A DNA stretch of 64,000 bases from an uncultured delta proteobacterium (GCA_963710425.1 CAVQAR010000036.1:34416-98415), one strand, 5' to 3'; shown: positions 40,463-51,927, counted from the stretch's first letter. Notes: a model not told the origin generated them from the letters alone. Translations and numbers: made by a program.

Positions 40463-40731
40463 CGGAACCCACCGTGGGTTCCGCGGGACTCCCTTGGGCA
40501 GGGGTGACCCCTGCACCCAGTGAAAAGTGAAAAGTACAAATCGCAAAATGGCGAGGACACCATTTTGCTCTCAGGTTCCTTAGGACAATCGCGGCCCGAT
40601 CTTACCTCGCCCGTTACTTTACGGGAGAGGCGGCTGGCCGCAACGCGGCCAGCGGTGAGGGTTCTGCGATTCCACCCCAAAACCGCGCCCGCACCACTCT
40701 TTGTGTCATTCAGAGCGAAGCGAAGAATCCC
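40463..40731. repeat. Mosaic of at least five palindromic repeat modules (BIME-like)
   Basis: GCGGAACCC..GGGTTCCGC; GGCAGGGGTGACCCCTGC; CAAAATGGCGAGGACACCATTTTG; CTTACCTCGCCCG module; TGTCATTCAGAGCGAAGCGAAGAATCCC. Each recurs or has a close relative elsewhere in the window. Confidence 0.8.
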
Positions 40732-40739
40732 GATCCTTC

Positions 40740-42863
40740 CTAGTTGCTATGATACAGCAGCAAGTACTCGCGCCGGCCGCCGATTACTTTCTTGACGTAG
40801 TCGCGCGTCTCTTTGTACGCGATATTTTCGACCCACTCGTCATCGGGGCCGGGAGACTTCGCGAGCCACTTAATGACCGCGTTCTCGCCGCCGTTGTATG
40901 CGGCGACCGCGTGGAACTCATCGCCATGGAACATCTCGAACAGATTTTTCAGATACGCCGTCCCCAACTGTACGTTCACCGACGGGTCGTAAAGCCGGAT
41001 TTGATCAGTATCCATCCCCTGCTGCGTCGCCATCTTGCGCGCCGTTGACGGAATCAACTGCATCAGGCCGCGCGCGTTCGAACTCGACGTGGCCCGCGGG
41101 TTGAAAAGACTCTCCTGCCGCGAAAGCGCGAGCACCAGGTAAGGATCGAGCGCGAGCCGGGTGGACGCCGATGAAAAAAGATCCCAATACGCGCGCGGAT
41201 AGCGCACTCGCTCCGCGACGTCGTGGCCAATCTGCCCGCTCTTTTCCATGTGCGTGGCCGTGACGATCGCATCGTACCACGCATCGGCGCTGGCATATCC
41301 AGCGAGCACGAATCGGCGCATCTCAACCGAACTCGACTCTTCAGCCAGCGCCTTCAACTCATCGGGCTGAAGCTCCTTGATTCCAAGCGCGCGCAACGCT
41401 TGCAGCCGCGCCATGTGGAACTCGGCGACGCCGCTGACAGACGGGGTCACATCGGATCGAGGATCAGGCGCGGATGCCGCCGGCAGATCCGGTTTGCCGG
41501 TCGCGACGCGACGGCTGGCGAGTTCTGGATAGTAGTTGCTGTCGGTGCTGTCGGCGAGCTTTTCGTAAATCGCGCGAGCGCCACCGCTGTCGCCCGCCTT
41601 CTCGAGCGCGCGCGCACGCCAGTACTCGTTCATATCGCGATCGATTGGATCTTTCGCCCGCGCGGCCGCACTCTGGAAGCCATCGGCAGCGATTCGGTAA
41701 CTGCGGGCCGCGTACAAGGTCCACGGTATTCGAAACCGCGCATCTTCGGCGGCGTCGCTGCCCGGATAGCGCGCGGCCAGCCGTCGATACTGCGCGCGCG
41801 CCGAGTCGAGCTGATGCAGTTCTTCGAAAATCTTGCCGATCCGGAGCATCGCGCCCGGCGCCAGCTCGCTGGCCGGAAAATTCGCGACCAGACGATCGAA
41901 CGTCGCGCGCGAGAGATCGTCTTGATCGTCGTGCCAGTAAATCAGCGCCAGCGCTTCGAGCGCCGCCGCAGCGTCATGACCGCGCGGCGCAATCTGCAGA
42001 TACTCGGCGATCGCGCGCTTTGCCCGTTCGGGCTCCGGTTTGAGCGCGCGCACCGTCACCCAAACCAGTTCCGCCCGAAGCTGTGGCTCGGGATTCATCG
42101 CGAGTCCCGCGTTCGCCTGCTCGTCCGCTTCGGACAGCGCGCCTTCGCGCAGCAGCAACTCGGATTCGTCGCGATGGTACGAGAGCGAATTCGTATCGGC
42201 GACCTCGGGATGCGCCGCGAGGATCTGATGAACGAGCACGCGCGCTTCGGCATCGGCGTCGGAATGCGGATACTTGTCGCGAAGTTCCATCAACTGCGCA
42301 TAAGCCGACTTTGGATTTCCAAGCGCGATGAGAGACTTCGCTTCTACGATTCGTGCAGTCTGCTCGATCGACGCTTCCGGACCCCGCGCGATCAGCCGCG
42401 ACGCGCGCTCGGACGCCTCGGCGTTCCTGCCAAGCTTCAACAGATTGTCCGCTAGTAGCATCTCGCCGGGATCGATCGCGACGCTGCTCGGGTACATCTT
42501 AACGAGACGATCGAGAGTTTCGGCCGAAGCGTTCAGATCGCCCTGGTCATGCTGCGCGAGCGCAAGATAGTAGAGCGCGTGGTCGCCGAGCGTGGGAAAG
42601 CGGTCGGCCGCAAACTTCAGGTTTTCAATCGCGCGCGGGTAATCGCGGCTCTGATAGGCGCGATAGCCGTTTAGAAACGCGGTCTGCCCGTCGGTGGGTG
42701 GAGTGACCGGCGCGGCTGCACTCGCGACCGCCGGAGCCGATGCCGTTGCTTGCGCTGGAGCAGCAACTGCCGCCGAATCCGCCCGCGCCGGTGCCGACGC
42801 GCATCCGGCGAGCACGGCACACAACACCAACAGCGCGCCGCCGCGCCACCGTCTCGTTTTCAT
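40740..42863 (-). CDS. slt: Soluble lytic transglycosylase lipoprotein with TPR repeats (Slt70-like)
   Basis: Lipobox LAGC; RQESLFNP, ARGLMQLIP, AYNGG, YKETRDYVKKV. Confidence 0.92.
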   Translation of the reverse strand: MKTRRWRGGALLVLCAVLAGCASAPARADSAAVAAPAQATASAPAVASAAAPVTPPTDGQTAFLNGYRAYQSRDYPRAIENLKFAADRFPTLGDHALYYLALAQHDQGDLNASAETLDRLVKMYPSSVAIDPGEMLLADNLLKLGRNAEASERASRLIARGPEASIEQTARIVEAKSLIALGNPKSAYAQLMELRDKYPHSDADAEARVLVHQILAAHPEVADTNSLSYHRDESELLLREGALSEADEQANAGLAMNPEPQLRAELVWVTVRALKPEPERAKRAIAEYLQIAPRGHDAAAALEALALIYWHDDQDDLSRATFDRLVANFPASELAPGAMLRIGKIFEELHQLDSARAQYRRLAARYPGSDAAEDARFRIPWTLYAARSYRIAADGFQSAAARAKDPIDRDMNEYWRARALEKAGDSGGARAIYEKLADSTDSNYYPELASRRVATGKPDLPAASAPDPRSDVTPSVSGVAEFHMARLQALRALGIKELQPDELKALAEESSSVEMRRFVLAGYASADAWYDAIVTATHMEKSGQIGHDVAERVRYPRAYWDLFSSASTRLALDPYLVLALSRQESLFNPRATSSSNARGLMQLIPSTARKMATQQGMDTDQIRLYDPSVNVQLGTAYLKNLFEMFHGDEFHAVAAYNGGENAVIKWLAKSPGPDDEWVENIAYKETRDYVKKVIGGRREYLLLYHSN

Positions 42864-42961
42864 CCGATCTTGGTTAGCGCATGGTCGGCGCGTCTTCAAT
42901 TACCCTCCTCATAAGATGAGGCTTGCGACCGGCGGCGGCGTCTGGCAACAGTCGGAACCGG

Positions 42962-43543
42962 ATGAGCGATTCAATCAAAGTGATTCTTGCGTCGGCGTCT
43001 CCTCGACGCCGTCAACTGTTGGATGCGGCCGGAATCGCATTTGAAGTGATCGAGAGCCGCGTGCCCGAACAGCACACGCCGGGCGAATCGCCGCGCGACT
43101 ACGCACTCCGGATGGCGCGCGACAAGGCCCGCGCAGTTTCGTCACGCTTCCCCGACGCCATCGTGATCGGCGCCGACACAATCGTCGTGTGCGATACTCA
43201 CATCCTGGAGAAACCCGCCGATGCCGCCGACGCGCGCCGGATGCTCTCGATGCTATCTTCGCGCACCCACACGGTCGTGACCGCCTTTGCGATAGCGCGC
43301 GCCGCACGCATTCTCGAGAGCTCACCGGTCGAGAGCCAGGTCACTTTTCGCAAACTCAGCGACGCCGAAATCGAAGCCTACATCGCCACCGACGAGCCGT
43401 TCGACAAGGCCGGCGCCTACGGAATCCAGGGCGTCGGCGGCGGCTTCATCTCGCACGTCGAAGGATCGCGCGACAACGTGATGGGCCTGCCGACCGAGCG
43501 CGTCGTCGCAGCGCTCGCGCGACACGGCGTGAAGTGCGGTTAG
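42962..43543 (+). CDS. maf: Maf/YhdE nucleoside triphosphate pyrophosphatase
   Basis: ILASASPRRRQLL, VIGADTIV, EKPAD, DKAGAYGIQG, NVMGLP. Confidence 0.95.
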   Translation: MSDSIKVILASASPRRRQLLDAAGIAFEVIESRVPEQHTPGESPRDYALRMARDKARAVSSRFPDAIVIGADTIVVCDTHILEKPADAADARRMLSMLSSRTHTVVTAFAIARAARILESSPVESQVTFRKLSDAEIEAYIATDEPFDKAGAYGIQGVGGGFISHVEGSRDNVMGLPTERVVAALARHGVKCG

Positions 43544-43548
43544 AAAAA

Positions 43549-44251
43549 ATGGCGATTGATCATGCACTGAAAGAGAGTCTAACGATCGTGCAAGCGCGCA
43601 TCGGCGCAGCTGCCTATAATGCCGGTCGCGACGCGTCGTCGATTCGGCTCGTGCTGGCGAGCAAGACCCAGCCGAGTGAGGCGATTCGCGCCGCATATCA
43701 AGCGGGCGCGCGCGATTTCGGCGAGAACTATGTGCAGGAGGCCATCGCCAAGCGCGCTGAGCTGGCTGACTTGACTGAAATTCGATGGCATCTGATCGGT
43801 CATCTGCAAACCAACAAGGCAAAAACTGCCGCGAGCGCTTTCGCTCTCATCCACAGCGTCGATTCGGTCCGCCTCGCCGAGGCGCTCGCACGAGCGCAAC
43901 CTTCGCCGCGTGTGCATGCGCTGATCGAAGTAAATCTCGGCGGCGAGTCGAGCAAGACCGGCGTCGCCCCCGACGGAGTCGCCGCCATTTTGGATGCTGC
44001 CTATGAAAAAATTGAAATCGACGGTCTGATGACGATTCCGCCGCCCGCGCCGACCGCCGAGGCCGCACGCCCCTACTTCGCACAGCTTGCGTGAGCTCCG
44101 CGACCGTCTTGCGACACAATCCGGCTATGCGCTAAGCGAACTCTCCATGGGCATGACTGACGACTTCGAAGTCGCGATCGAAGAAGGCGCGACCATCGTG
44201 CGGATCGGTCGCGCAGTCTTCGGCGAACGTCGCGTGAAACGCGACCAGTGA
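43549..44251 (+). CDS. yggS: PLP homeostasis protein YggS (frameshift near 44090)
   Basis: [62 protein letters not shown]. Confidence 0.95.
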
Positions 44252-44278
44252 AAAAAGCGAAAGTGCAACGTTGAAAAA

Positions 44279-45103
44279 GTGAAGAAACTTGGATTCATCG
44301 GCGGCGGCAACATGGCCGAAGCCCTCGCCCACGGCCTGATCCAGCACAAGCTTTTCAAGCCTGCCGACATAATCGTGTCCGACGTCGCGCCCGATCGCCG
44401 GCGCAAGCTCGCGCGCACCCTCAAAGTCGCGGCCACCGCCGACAACCTCGAGGTTCTGCGCGAGTCCCCCGCAGTGCTGCTCGCCGTCAAGCCGCAGACT
44501 ATCGACGACGTCATGTCGGAGCTCGCCGGTGTCTTGGCGAATAGCACCAAGGGCAAGCTCTTCATCTCGATCGCCGCCGGTATCACGATCGATCGCCTGA
44601 CCCGCGGACTCGGCAAGCGCGCGCGAGTGATCCGCGTGATGCCGAATGCGCCCGCGATGGTCGGTCACGGGATGGCGGCGATGGTGCGTGCGCGAACTGC
44701 CACGCCCGCCGACGAGCGTTTCGCGCTGAAAATTTTCAACGCGGTCGGCGACGCCGTCGCGCTCAAGGACGAGAAGCTGCTCGACGTCGTAACTGCGCTT
44801 TCAGGCAGCGGCCCCGCTTACGTTTACCTGTTCGCCAAGGCGATGGCCGACGCGGCGGTAAGCGAGGGTATTCCGCGCGATCTCGCGATCCGCATGGCGC
44901 TGAAGACGATTCGCGGCGCCGAACATCTGATGCGCGAGTCCAAGCGTGACGCCGCCGACTTGATTCGCGCCGTCGCTTCCCCCGGCGGCACCACCGAGGC
45001 CGCACTGCGCCGATTCGCCGAGCATGGCTTTTCTGATATCGTTGCTGCCGCATTGCACGCCGCCAGCGATCGCTCGCGCGAACTTGGCCGCGGAATCAAC
45101 TAG
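44279..45103 (+). CDS. proC: Pyrroline-5-carboxylate reductase
   Basis: FIGGGNMA, LAVKPQ, RVMPNAP, TALSGSGPAY, VASPGGTT. Confidence 0.96.
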   Translation: MKKLGFIGGGNMAEALAHGLIQHKLFKPADIIVSDVAPDRRRKLARTLKVAATADNLEVLRESPAVLLAVKPQTIDDVMSELAGVLANSTKGKLFISIAAGITIDRLTRGLGKRARVIRVMPNAPAMVGHGMAAMVRARTATPADERFALKIFNAVGDAVALKDEKLLDVVTALSGSGPAYVYLFAKAMADAAVSEGIPRDLAIRMALKTIRGAEHLMRESKRDAADLIRAVASPGGTTEAALRRFAEHGFSDIVAAALHAASDRSRELGRGIN

Positions 45104-45117
45104 CGAGAGCGCATCGC

Positions 45118-45420
45118 GTGTACGCCTGGACCAACCTGATTATTTTCATCGCGCAGACTCTCGACGGTCTGCTGACGCTCTACTTATACGTGGTGATCAT
45201 TGCGGCGCTGATGACCTGGATCGAGCCGAATCCCTACAACCCGATAGTCCGCTTCCTCTACTCGGTGACCGAACCGGTCTTCGATTGGTTCCGCAATCAT
45301 ATCCCGGTGGTGATGGGCGGCATCGATTTTTCGCCGCTGATTGTCATCATCGGCATTCAGCTAATCCAGCGCGTCGTCATCCCGAGCGCGGTGCACATGC
45401 TGATCCCCGCCTACGCGTGA
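45118..45420 (+). CDS. yggT: YggT family membrane protein
   Basis: WIEPNPYNPIVRFLYSVTEPV, GGIDFSPLI. Confidence 0.93.
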   Translation: MYAWTNLIIFIAQTLDGLLTLYLYVVIIAALMTWIEPNPYNPIVRFLYSVTEPVFDWFRNHIPVVMGGIDFSPLIVIIGIQLIQRVVIPSAVHMLIPAYA

Positions 45421-45477
45421 GAGTGGGCACAACCGGAAATCCGTCCACGCCCGAATCGCCCTGGATGCGAGTATCTA

Positions 45478-45759
45478 TTGACGAAGTCGATAATCGAAGT
45501 GACTGCGCGGCCGGGCGCATCGCGTCGCGGCGTCATCGGCGTGACCGGCGAACGCCTCGTAATCGGCGTTAACTCAAGGCCGGAAAAAGGCAAAGCCAAC
45601 GACGAGCTGATCGAATATCTCGCCCGCGAATTGCGCTTACCACGCTCCGCCCTGCTGATAGTCCGCGGCGAAACCTCGCGCCGCAAAACGATTCGGATCG
45701 TCACCCACGAACCGACCAGGGTGTCATCGCGGTTACACCAAATCGTCAAGCGACACTAG
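45478..45759 (+). CDS. yggU: DUF167/YggU family protein
   Basis: VTARPGASR, PEKGKANDEL..YLA, GETSRRK; follows yggT. Confidence 0.9.
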   Translation: MTKSIIEVTARPGASRRGVIGVTGERLVIGVNSRPEKGKANDELIEYLARELRLPRSALLIVRGETSRRKTIRIVTHEPTRVSSRLHQIVKRH

Positions 45760-45887
45760 AGCTTCTCTGCGTCGCCGTTTTATTCCGCGGACTGTTTCCA
45801 GTCCCGACTCGCAGTTACTTTTCTTGTCTCAAATCCCTTCCGTTATAAAATTTACACTGCGAGTTCGTAGCGCATCGGAGGGACCAC

Positions 45888-47434
45888 TTGATGCACCGCT
45901 TTTCTTTCTCATTGATTGCAGCCCTTTGCATTTTCGCACTTCCGCATTCCGCGGTCGCTGAGCCCTTCGCAATTCGGCCGAATGAGGCGCCCTCTGCTCA
46001 CATGGAAAAGGGGCACGACCCGGCTGATTTCGTGCGCCAGTGTCCGCCGGGATTTAACGATACGCCCGCGATGCCGGCGCATTTCGGTCAGGCGACGATC
46101 CTCGGGATGCCGCTGAACAAGGTGTTCGCGCTCGGCCAACAAACCTTCGTGACCAATTTCAACGCCTGCGACGGCGCCGGACGTCCCGCCACTACCGGCA
46201 CCGGCGCTGCGCGCACCGCCGATCCAGTTCTCGGGCCCCGCTTCACCCGGGCCTCCGCGCCCGAGACCAGCTCTTGCGCCGGATGCCATTCGCAGCCGCA
46301 GCCGGGCGGCGCCGGTGACTTCGCCGCAAACGTATTTGTGCTCGCGCAAGCCGCCGATCCGGTTTCGCGCATTATCCTGAACGACGACTTCAGCAACACC
46401 TGGCTCGAGCGCAACACGCTCGGGATGTTCGGCTCGGGCGCAATCGAGATGCTCGGGCGCGAGATGACCACTGATTTGCAGGCCGAGCAGAAAGGCGCGA
46501 TCAGCCAGGCCGAGTCATCCGGACATAACGTCACCGTTAACCTGATCACCAAAGGCGTTTCGTTCGGCGCGTTGACCGCGCATCCCGACGGCAGCGTGGA
46601 TACCAGCGCCGTCGCCGGCGTCGATCCCGATCTGGTGATCAAGCCGTTTTCGCGCAAAGGCGTATTCCGCTCGCTGCGCGAGTTCACCGTCACCGCGATG
46701 AATCAACATCACGGCATGCAGGCGGTCGAGCGTTTCGGCCTTGGGCGATCCTGATCAGGACGGCGTGACCAACGAACTCCTCATCGGCGACATCACCGCT
46801 GTGACGATATTCCAGGCCGCACTGCCGGCGCCGATCGTCTCGACCCAGGGCCTCGATTCGCGCGTAGCAGCGCATGGCGCCGATTTATTCGCCAAGATCG
46901 GATGCGCCGGATGCCATCTGCCGTCGCTCCCGCTCACCAGCACCAAATTCTGCGATCCCGATCCGCAAAATCCTGCCGGCACTTTCAACGATACCTCGCA
47001 GTCGTATTGCTTTGACCTGTCGCAGGCCGGAATCCACGGCAACTCAGTCGCGGCGTTTACCGATTTGAAGCGCCACGTGATCTGCGACAACAACAAGCCG
47101 CACTACTGCAACGAGCCTGCCTCTCCGCTGCAGGCCTCCGATAGCTAATTTCGCGATCCCGCACGACCAGTTCCTCACCGCCAAGCTGTGGGATACCGGC
47201 AATTCGGGACCATGGGGTCATCGCGGCGACCTCGACACGATCTACGCCGCGATCACCGCGCACGGTGGTGAGGCGACCAGCTCGGAGGCCCAGTACGAGT
47301 CGTTGTCGGATTCCGATCAGCTGGCAGTCGTGACTTTTCTGAAGACCCTGCAGATGCCGATACTGCCGCCGAACCAGGATCCGAACGTCGGTATGCCGAA
47401 CCCAGTTCACGGACCGGGACCGCATGGTCACTAA
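45888..47434 (+). CDS. Secreted di-heme c protein, DHOR (di-heme oxidoreductase-like) family; two frameshifts
   Basis: Signal peptide; two CAGCH motifs; KPFSRKG..SLREF; DPDQDGVTNEL; FTDLKRH; LWDTG..GPWGHRG; AHGGEA. Confidence 0.8.
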
Positions 47435-47443
47435 CCTCGGCGC

Positions 47444-48067
47444 TCAGTGACCGCTGTCAGAGTGCGTCGAGCTGGGATCGAAAAAAAGCGGCGCGCCTAC
47501 TGGCAGCTCGGCGCACGCTGATTGGCCTAACTGGCCCGACTGGCTAACGAACGCGTCACTGGTCTTCTCCAACGGACAAGTGCAATCGGCGATCTCAAAG
47601 CCATTGACGGTACCCGCACGCGTGCACTGCCAGTTCCAGCATTGAGAAAAGGAATCGTGCGAAGGACAGACCTGCGGTATCGGCGCCGCGTCCTGCCAAG
47701 TGCCGTCGATCAGCTGCGGGAAAGAATCCGAGAACTCGAAGGTCGAGTACACAAAATCCGGATTCGACGACGTGCAACTGCCTTGCATGTTACCGCCGTT
47801 GAGATCGGCGACATTGTCGCCCGTAACGATCGGACACTCGCATGTCACCGCCGGATACCTCTTGCCCTGGTTGTTCCTGACGAAGCCGCCAGTCGCGACG
47901 CAGGTGGACGCCGCGCACAACGCAAACTCAGTATCCTGACAAATCGTGAGCTGCCGCTTCGACGATCGCTCCGGCTTTGCGTCCGCCGATCCCGCCGCAA
48001 AGAACATCATCGCGCACACCAGCGCCATCATCGTGAACGGAAATATTCGCGCATCAATTCGCTTCAT
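47444..48067 (-). CDS. Hypothetical secreted Cys-rich protein (12 Cys in the mature part)
   Basis: Signal peptide ending ADA|K; internal repeat CxxxxC...CxCP occurs twice. Confidence 0.7.
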   Translation of the reverse strand: MKRIDARIFPFTMMALVCAMMFFAAGSADAKPERSSKRQLTICQDTEFALCAASTCVATGGFVRNNQGKRYPAVTCECPIVTGDNVADLNGGNMQGSCTSSNPDFVYSTFEFSDSFPQLIDGTWQDAAPIPQVCPSHDSFSQCWNWQCTRAGTVNGFEIADCTCPLEKTSDAFVSQSGQLGQSACAELPVGAPLFFDPSSTHSDSGH

Positions 48068-48399
48068 CGAGTCCTCCCGGAAATTTTTGATTTGAACCGA
48101 GCGCGTTCGTATCAGCAGATGCCGTGCCAGTTTCGCTCGCGCGTTTACGTTGCCAACGTTGCTCAGACTTGCGATCGAATCACGCTCGCGACCCCGCATG
48201 TAGTCCGATGGAACATTCGGTGACACCTTTCCCGCCCCGATAGCGATCACCGGGAATTGGCAATCCAAAGCACCGTCTGCTGGCGAATTTGAGGCGAATC
48301 GAAAGCGAAAAATCCGCGTTTCGGTTGACTACGTTGCATTTGGTGGTTACCTAGAGTGTAGGGAGAGCCGCTTTTTCGATTAGCAACCTCGGTTTTGCG

Positions 48400-48780
48400 A
48401 TGCCAATCTACGAATACAAGTGCAACAAATGCGGCGTTTTCGAAGCGATGCAGGGAATCAAGGAACCCGCGCTCAAAAAATGCCCCACCTGCAAAAGCAA
48501 GGTCGAGCGCCAGATGTCGCGCGGCTCTTTCATCCTGAAGGGCAGCGGATGGTACGCGACCGACTACGCCAAAAAAAGCACCCCCAGCACCGACTCGGAT
48601 TCAACCTCGACCAGTGAAAAACCCGCCACCAACGGCAGCACAACGTCAAGCGATTCGTCGTCGAAGCCTGCGGCAGAATCCAAGCCGGCGGCGGAATCCA
48701 AGTCGTCGTCAGCTGAACCCAAGCCATCAAAATCCAAGTCATTGTCAGAAAAATCCGTCTCAGCAAAATCCGCCGACTGA
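48400..48780 (+). CDS. FmdB family zinc-ribbon protein with Ser-rich tail
   Basis: MPIYEYKCNKCG, CPTC, FILKGSGWYATDY. Confidence 0.93.
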   Translation: MPIYEYKCNKCGVFEAMQGIKEPALKKCPTCKSKVERQMSRGSFILKGSGWYATDYAKKSTPSTDSDSTSTSEKPATNGSTTSSDSSSKPAAESKPAAESKSSSAEPKPSKSKSLSEKSVSAKSAD

Positions 48781-48809
48781 TGCGGTGCGATTGTCTGTAG
48801 CGCCGCAAG

Positions 48810-48957
48810 AACCTAACCCCTAACCCCTTCCCGAGCGGGAAGGGGAACCGGATTTATGTGATTGAGAGCAAAATGGCGTCCTCGCCATTTTGCGATTAGT
48901 ACTTAGGTGCAGGGGTTACCCCTGCCGCGGAAGCGTGAAACCCGCGCAGGGTTTCAC
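48810..48957. repeat. About 150-bp composite palindromic repeat; inverted copy at 61651-61800
   Basis: By-eye alignment shows the same four hairpin modules in the same order with only a handful of differences. Confidence 0.88.
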
Positions 48958-48974
48958 TACAATTCCGCGCACGT

Positions 48975-49925
48975 ATGCGCGCGCTAGTCTTCGATCGCAA
49001 TCTCCAATTCCGCACCGACTACCCCACTCCCCTCGCGTCACCCGGCGAGAGCATCGTGCGCGTCTCGCTCGCCGGCATCTGCGGCACCGACCTCGAACTC
49101 GCGCGCGGCTACATGCAATATCGCGGCGTCCCCGGCCACGAATTCTGTGGCCGCGTAGTCGAATCGCAAAACCCCGCGCTCCGCGGCAAACGCGTGGTCG
49201 GCGAGATCAACGCCGGATGCAGTCGATGCGCCGCGTGCCTCAATGGCCTCGCGCGCCATTGCCCCAATCGCACCGTGCTTGGAATCCTCGGCCGCGACGG
49301 CGCGTTCGCGGAATTTCTGTCGCTGCCCGACGTCAACTTGATTCCGATTCCCGATTCGATCACCGACGATGCCGCAGTGTTCGTCGAGCCTCTCGCCGCG
49401 GCCTACGAGATTTTCGATCAGGTCCATCTCGCGCGGAATCAGACCATCGCAGTGCTCGGCGACGGCCGTCTCGGCGCAATGGTTGCGATTGCGCTGAAGG
49501 GCGAGAAGTATCTTCCTATCGTTGCCGGCCATCATCCCGAAAAACTCGCGCGACTCGCTGCACTCGGACTCGAGACCGCTGAAGTGTCCTCGTTGCGCGA
49601 CAAATTCGATGTCGTCATCGAATGCAGCGGCAGCCAATCCGGCTTTCGCCGCGCGGTCGAACTCGTCCGCCCGCGCGGAACCATCATATTGAAGAGCACC
49701 GCTGCCGCGTCGGCTGAACTCAACCTCGCACCAATCGTCGTCAACGAAATCACGGTGATCGGCTCGCGATGCGGCCGGTTTCAGCCCGCCCTCGACGCAC
49801 TGGCCACTGGAAAGATCGATCCGCGCCCGCTGACCGATGGCACCTTCGCACTCGACGACGGCATCGCCGCTTTCGAAGCCGCGAGCAACCCGCTCAATTT
49901 CAAAATATTGTTGAGCGCGTCATGA
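48975..49925 (+). CDS. Zn-dependent MDR family alcohol dehydrogenase
   Basis: GICGTD, GHEF, CSRCAAC..G...HC structural Zn site, EPLAAA, LGDGRLG, GSRCG. Confidence 0.92.
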   Translation: MRALVFDRNLQFRTDYPTPLASPGESIVRVSLAGICGTDLELARGYMQYRGVPGHEFCGRVVESQNPALRGKRVVGEINAGCSRCAACLNGLARHCPNRTVLGILGRDGAFAEFLSLPDVNLIPIPDSITDDAAVFVEPLAAAYEIFDQVHLARNQTIAVLGDGRLGAMVAIALKGEKYLPIVAGHHPEKLARLAALGLETAEVSSLRDKFDVVIECSGSQSGFRRAVELVRPRGTIILKSTAAASAELNLAPIVVNEITVIGSRCGRFQPALDALATGKIDPRPLTDGTFALDDGIAAFEAASNPLNFKILLSAS

Positions 49926-51927
49926 AAGGCCGCGAACGCGGCTCGATAATGGTCGGCATCGACACCGGCGGCACCTTCACCGATCTGGTCGCGATCATCG
50001 GCAATGAAATCCGCGTGCACAAAGTGCTCTCGACCCCCGCCGATCCTGCGAACGCCGTCATCCGCGGCCTGCGCGAGATGCTCCACGATGCGCCGCCAAC
50101 GAATGTCACTTACAGTTCCACCGTCGCCACCAACGCGCTGCTCGAAAAAAAAGGCGCGCGCATCGCGCTCTTCACCAACGCCGGCTTCGAAGACCTGATC
50201 GAAATCGGCCGCCAGAATCGCGACGATCTCTACGCGCTCGCGCCGTCGCGTCCCGAACCGCTCGTCAGCCGCGCGATGCGCTTCGGCGTCGCCGAACGCA
50301 CGCTCTTCGACGGCAGCATCATCAAGATCGCTGAGCCGCAATGAGCTCGCGCGAATTCGCCGGCTCGCATCGCGCAGCGGCGCCGAAGCATTCGCCGTCT
50401 GCCTGCTCCACTCGTACGCCAATCCGAAGGGCGAAGAGTCGATCGCGCGCACGCTGGCCCCGCTCGGCCGTCCGCTCTCGGTCTCGCATCGAATCCTCGC
50501 CGAGTATCGCGAATACGAACGCTTCTCGACCGCCGTCGTCAACGCATACGTCGCGCCGCGGATGTCGTCGCATCTGAAAAACCTCGAGACTCGCCTCAAA
50601 CCCGCGCGCCTCCGCGTCATGCAATCCAATGGCAGCGCGATCGGCGCCGATATGGCGCGCGCGGAGCCGGTGCGCACGATTCTGTCAGGTCCCGCCGCCG
50701 GCGTGATTGGCGCCGCGAGCCTGGTGGCACAGGCTTCAGCCTGTGATCTCGCAAGTCCATTCGGCACCGACCGTTTCATCACCTTTGACATGGGCGGGAC
50801 TTCGACCGACGTGTCGATGTTCGACCACCGCGCGCGAATCCGCACCCTGAGTCATCCCGACGGATACGCGGTGCGCACGCCCGTGATCGACATTCACACC
50901 GTCGGTGCCGGTGGTGGTTCGATCGCGCGGATCGACGCCGGCGGCTCGCTCCAGGTCGGGCCCGACAGCGCGGGCGCCGATCCCGGTCCCGCATGCTACG
51001 GCCGCGGCGATCTGTGTACCGTGACCGACGCCGACCTGGTCGCGGGCCGTCTGGTCGCTGCGAATTTCCTCGGCGGCCGGATGAAGCTCTATCCGGATCG
51101 CGCCGCGCACGCCGTGTCGCGGCTCGCGCGCGAGATGAAAACCAATCCGGCTGCGGCGGCGCGCGGCGTAATTCGCGTCGTCAACGCCAACATGGAGCGC
51201 GCGATTCGCGTGATCACGGTCGAGCGCGGCTACGATCCGCGCGACTTCGCGCTGCTCGCGTTCGGCGGCGCGGGCCCGATGCATGCCTGCGAGCTCGCGC
51301 TCGATCTGGGCATCCGTCGGATCGTGATGCCGCGAAATCCCGGCCTGCTATGCGCGTGGGGCGCGTCGAGCGCTCCCTTGGGCCGCGAGTATTCGCTCAC
51401 CGTGCGCGCGACCAATCCCGAGCTATCGAGACTTGGCGGCGCGCGCCTCAAAACTGATCCGCCGCGCTCACGCCGAACTTCGCGCCGAAGGCGCGCGCGC
51501 GATCCGCCACGAACTGTGGCTCGACATGCGCTATCGCGGTCAATCCTACGAACTCGAGATTGCACTCACGCCGCGATTCGTCGCCGACTTCCATTCCACC
51601 CACCTCAAAACTTTCGGGCATTCCTCCGCGCGCGCCGCCGTCGAAGTCGTGAACATTCGCATCCGCGCAGTCGCCGGCGAATCTACTGCCAAGCCAAAGC
51701 GAATCGCGCGCCACCCCGGCAAGCCTGCGCCAATATCCAATGGGCGCGTGCTCGTCGGCGGCCATGAACGCACCGTGCCGATTTACGATCGCGACTCGCT
51801 CGGCGCGGGCGCGCGTATCCGCGGCCCGATTGTCGTCGTCGAGCTGAGTTCCACCACCTACGTCGCGCCGGAATTCACCTTGCGCGTGGACGACTTCGGC
51901 AATCTGCAACTGGAGGCCACCCGATGA
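49922..51927 (+). CDS. Hydantoinase/oxoprolinase A subunit (frameshifts near 50335 and 51440)
   Basis: GIDTGGTFTD, TNALLE, EYREYER.STAVVNAY, MQSNG, SGPAAG, DMGGTSTDV, GAGGGSIA, GPDSAGADPGPACYG, AFGGAGPMHA. Confidence 0.92.

Noticed and set aside
40463-40731. CRISPR array
   Set aside because: The modules differ from each other, with no constant repeat and regular spacers, and no cas genes.
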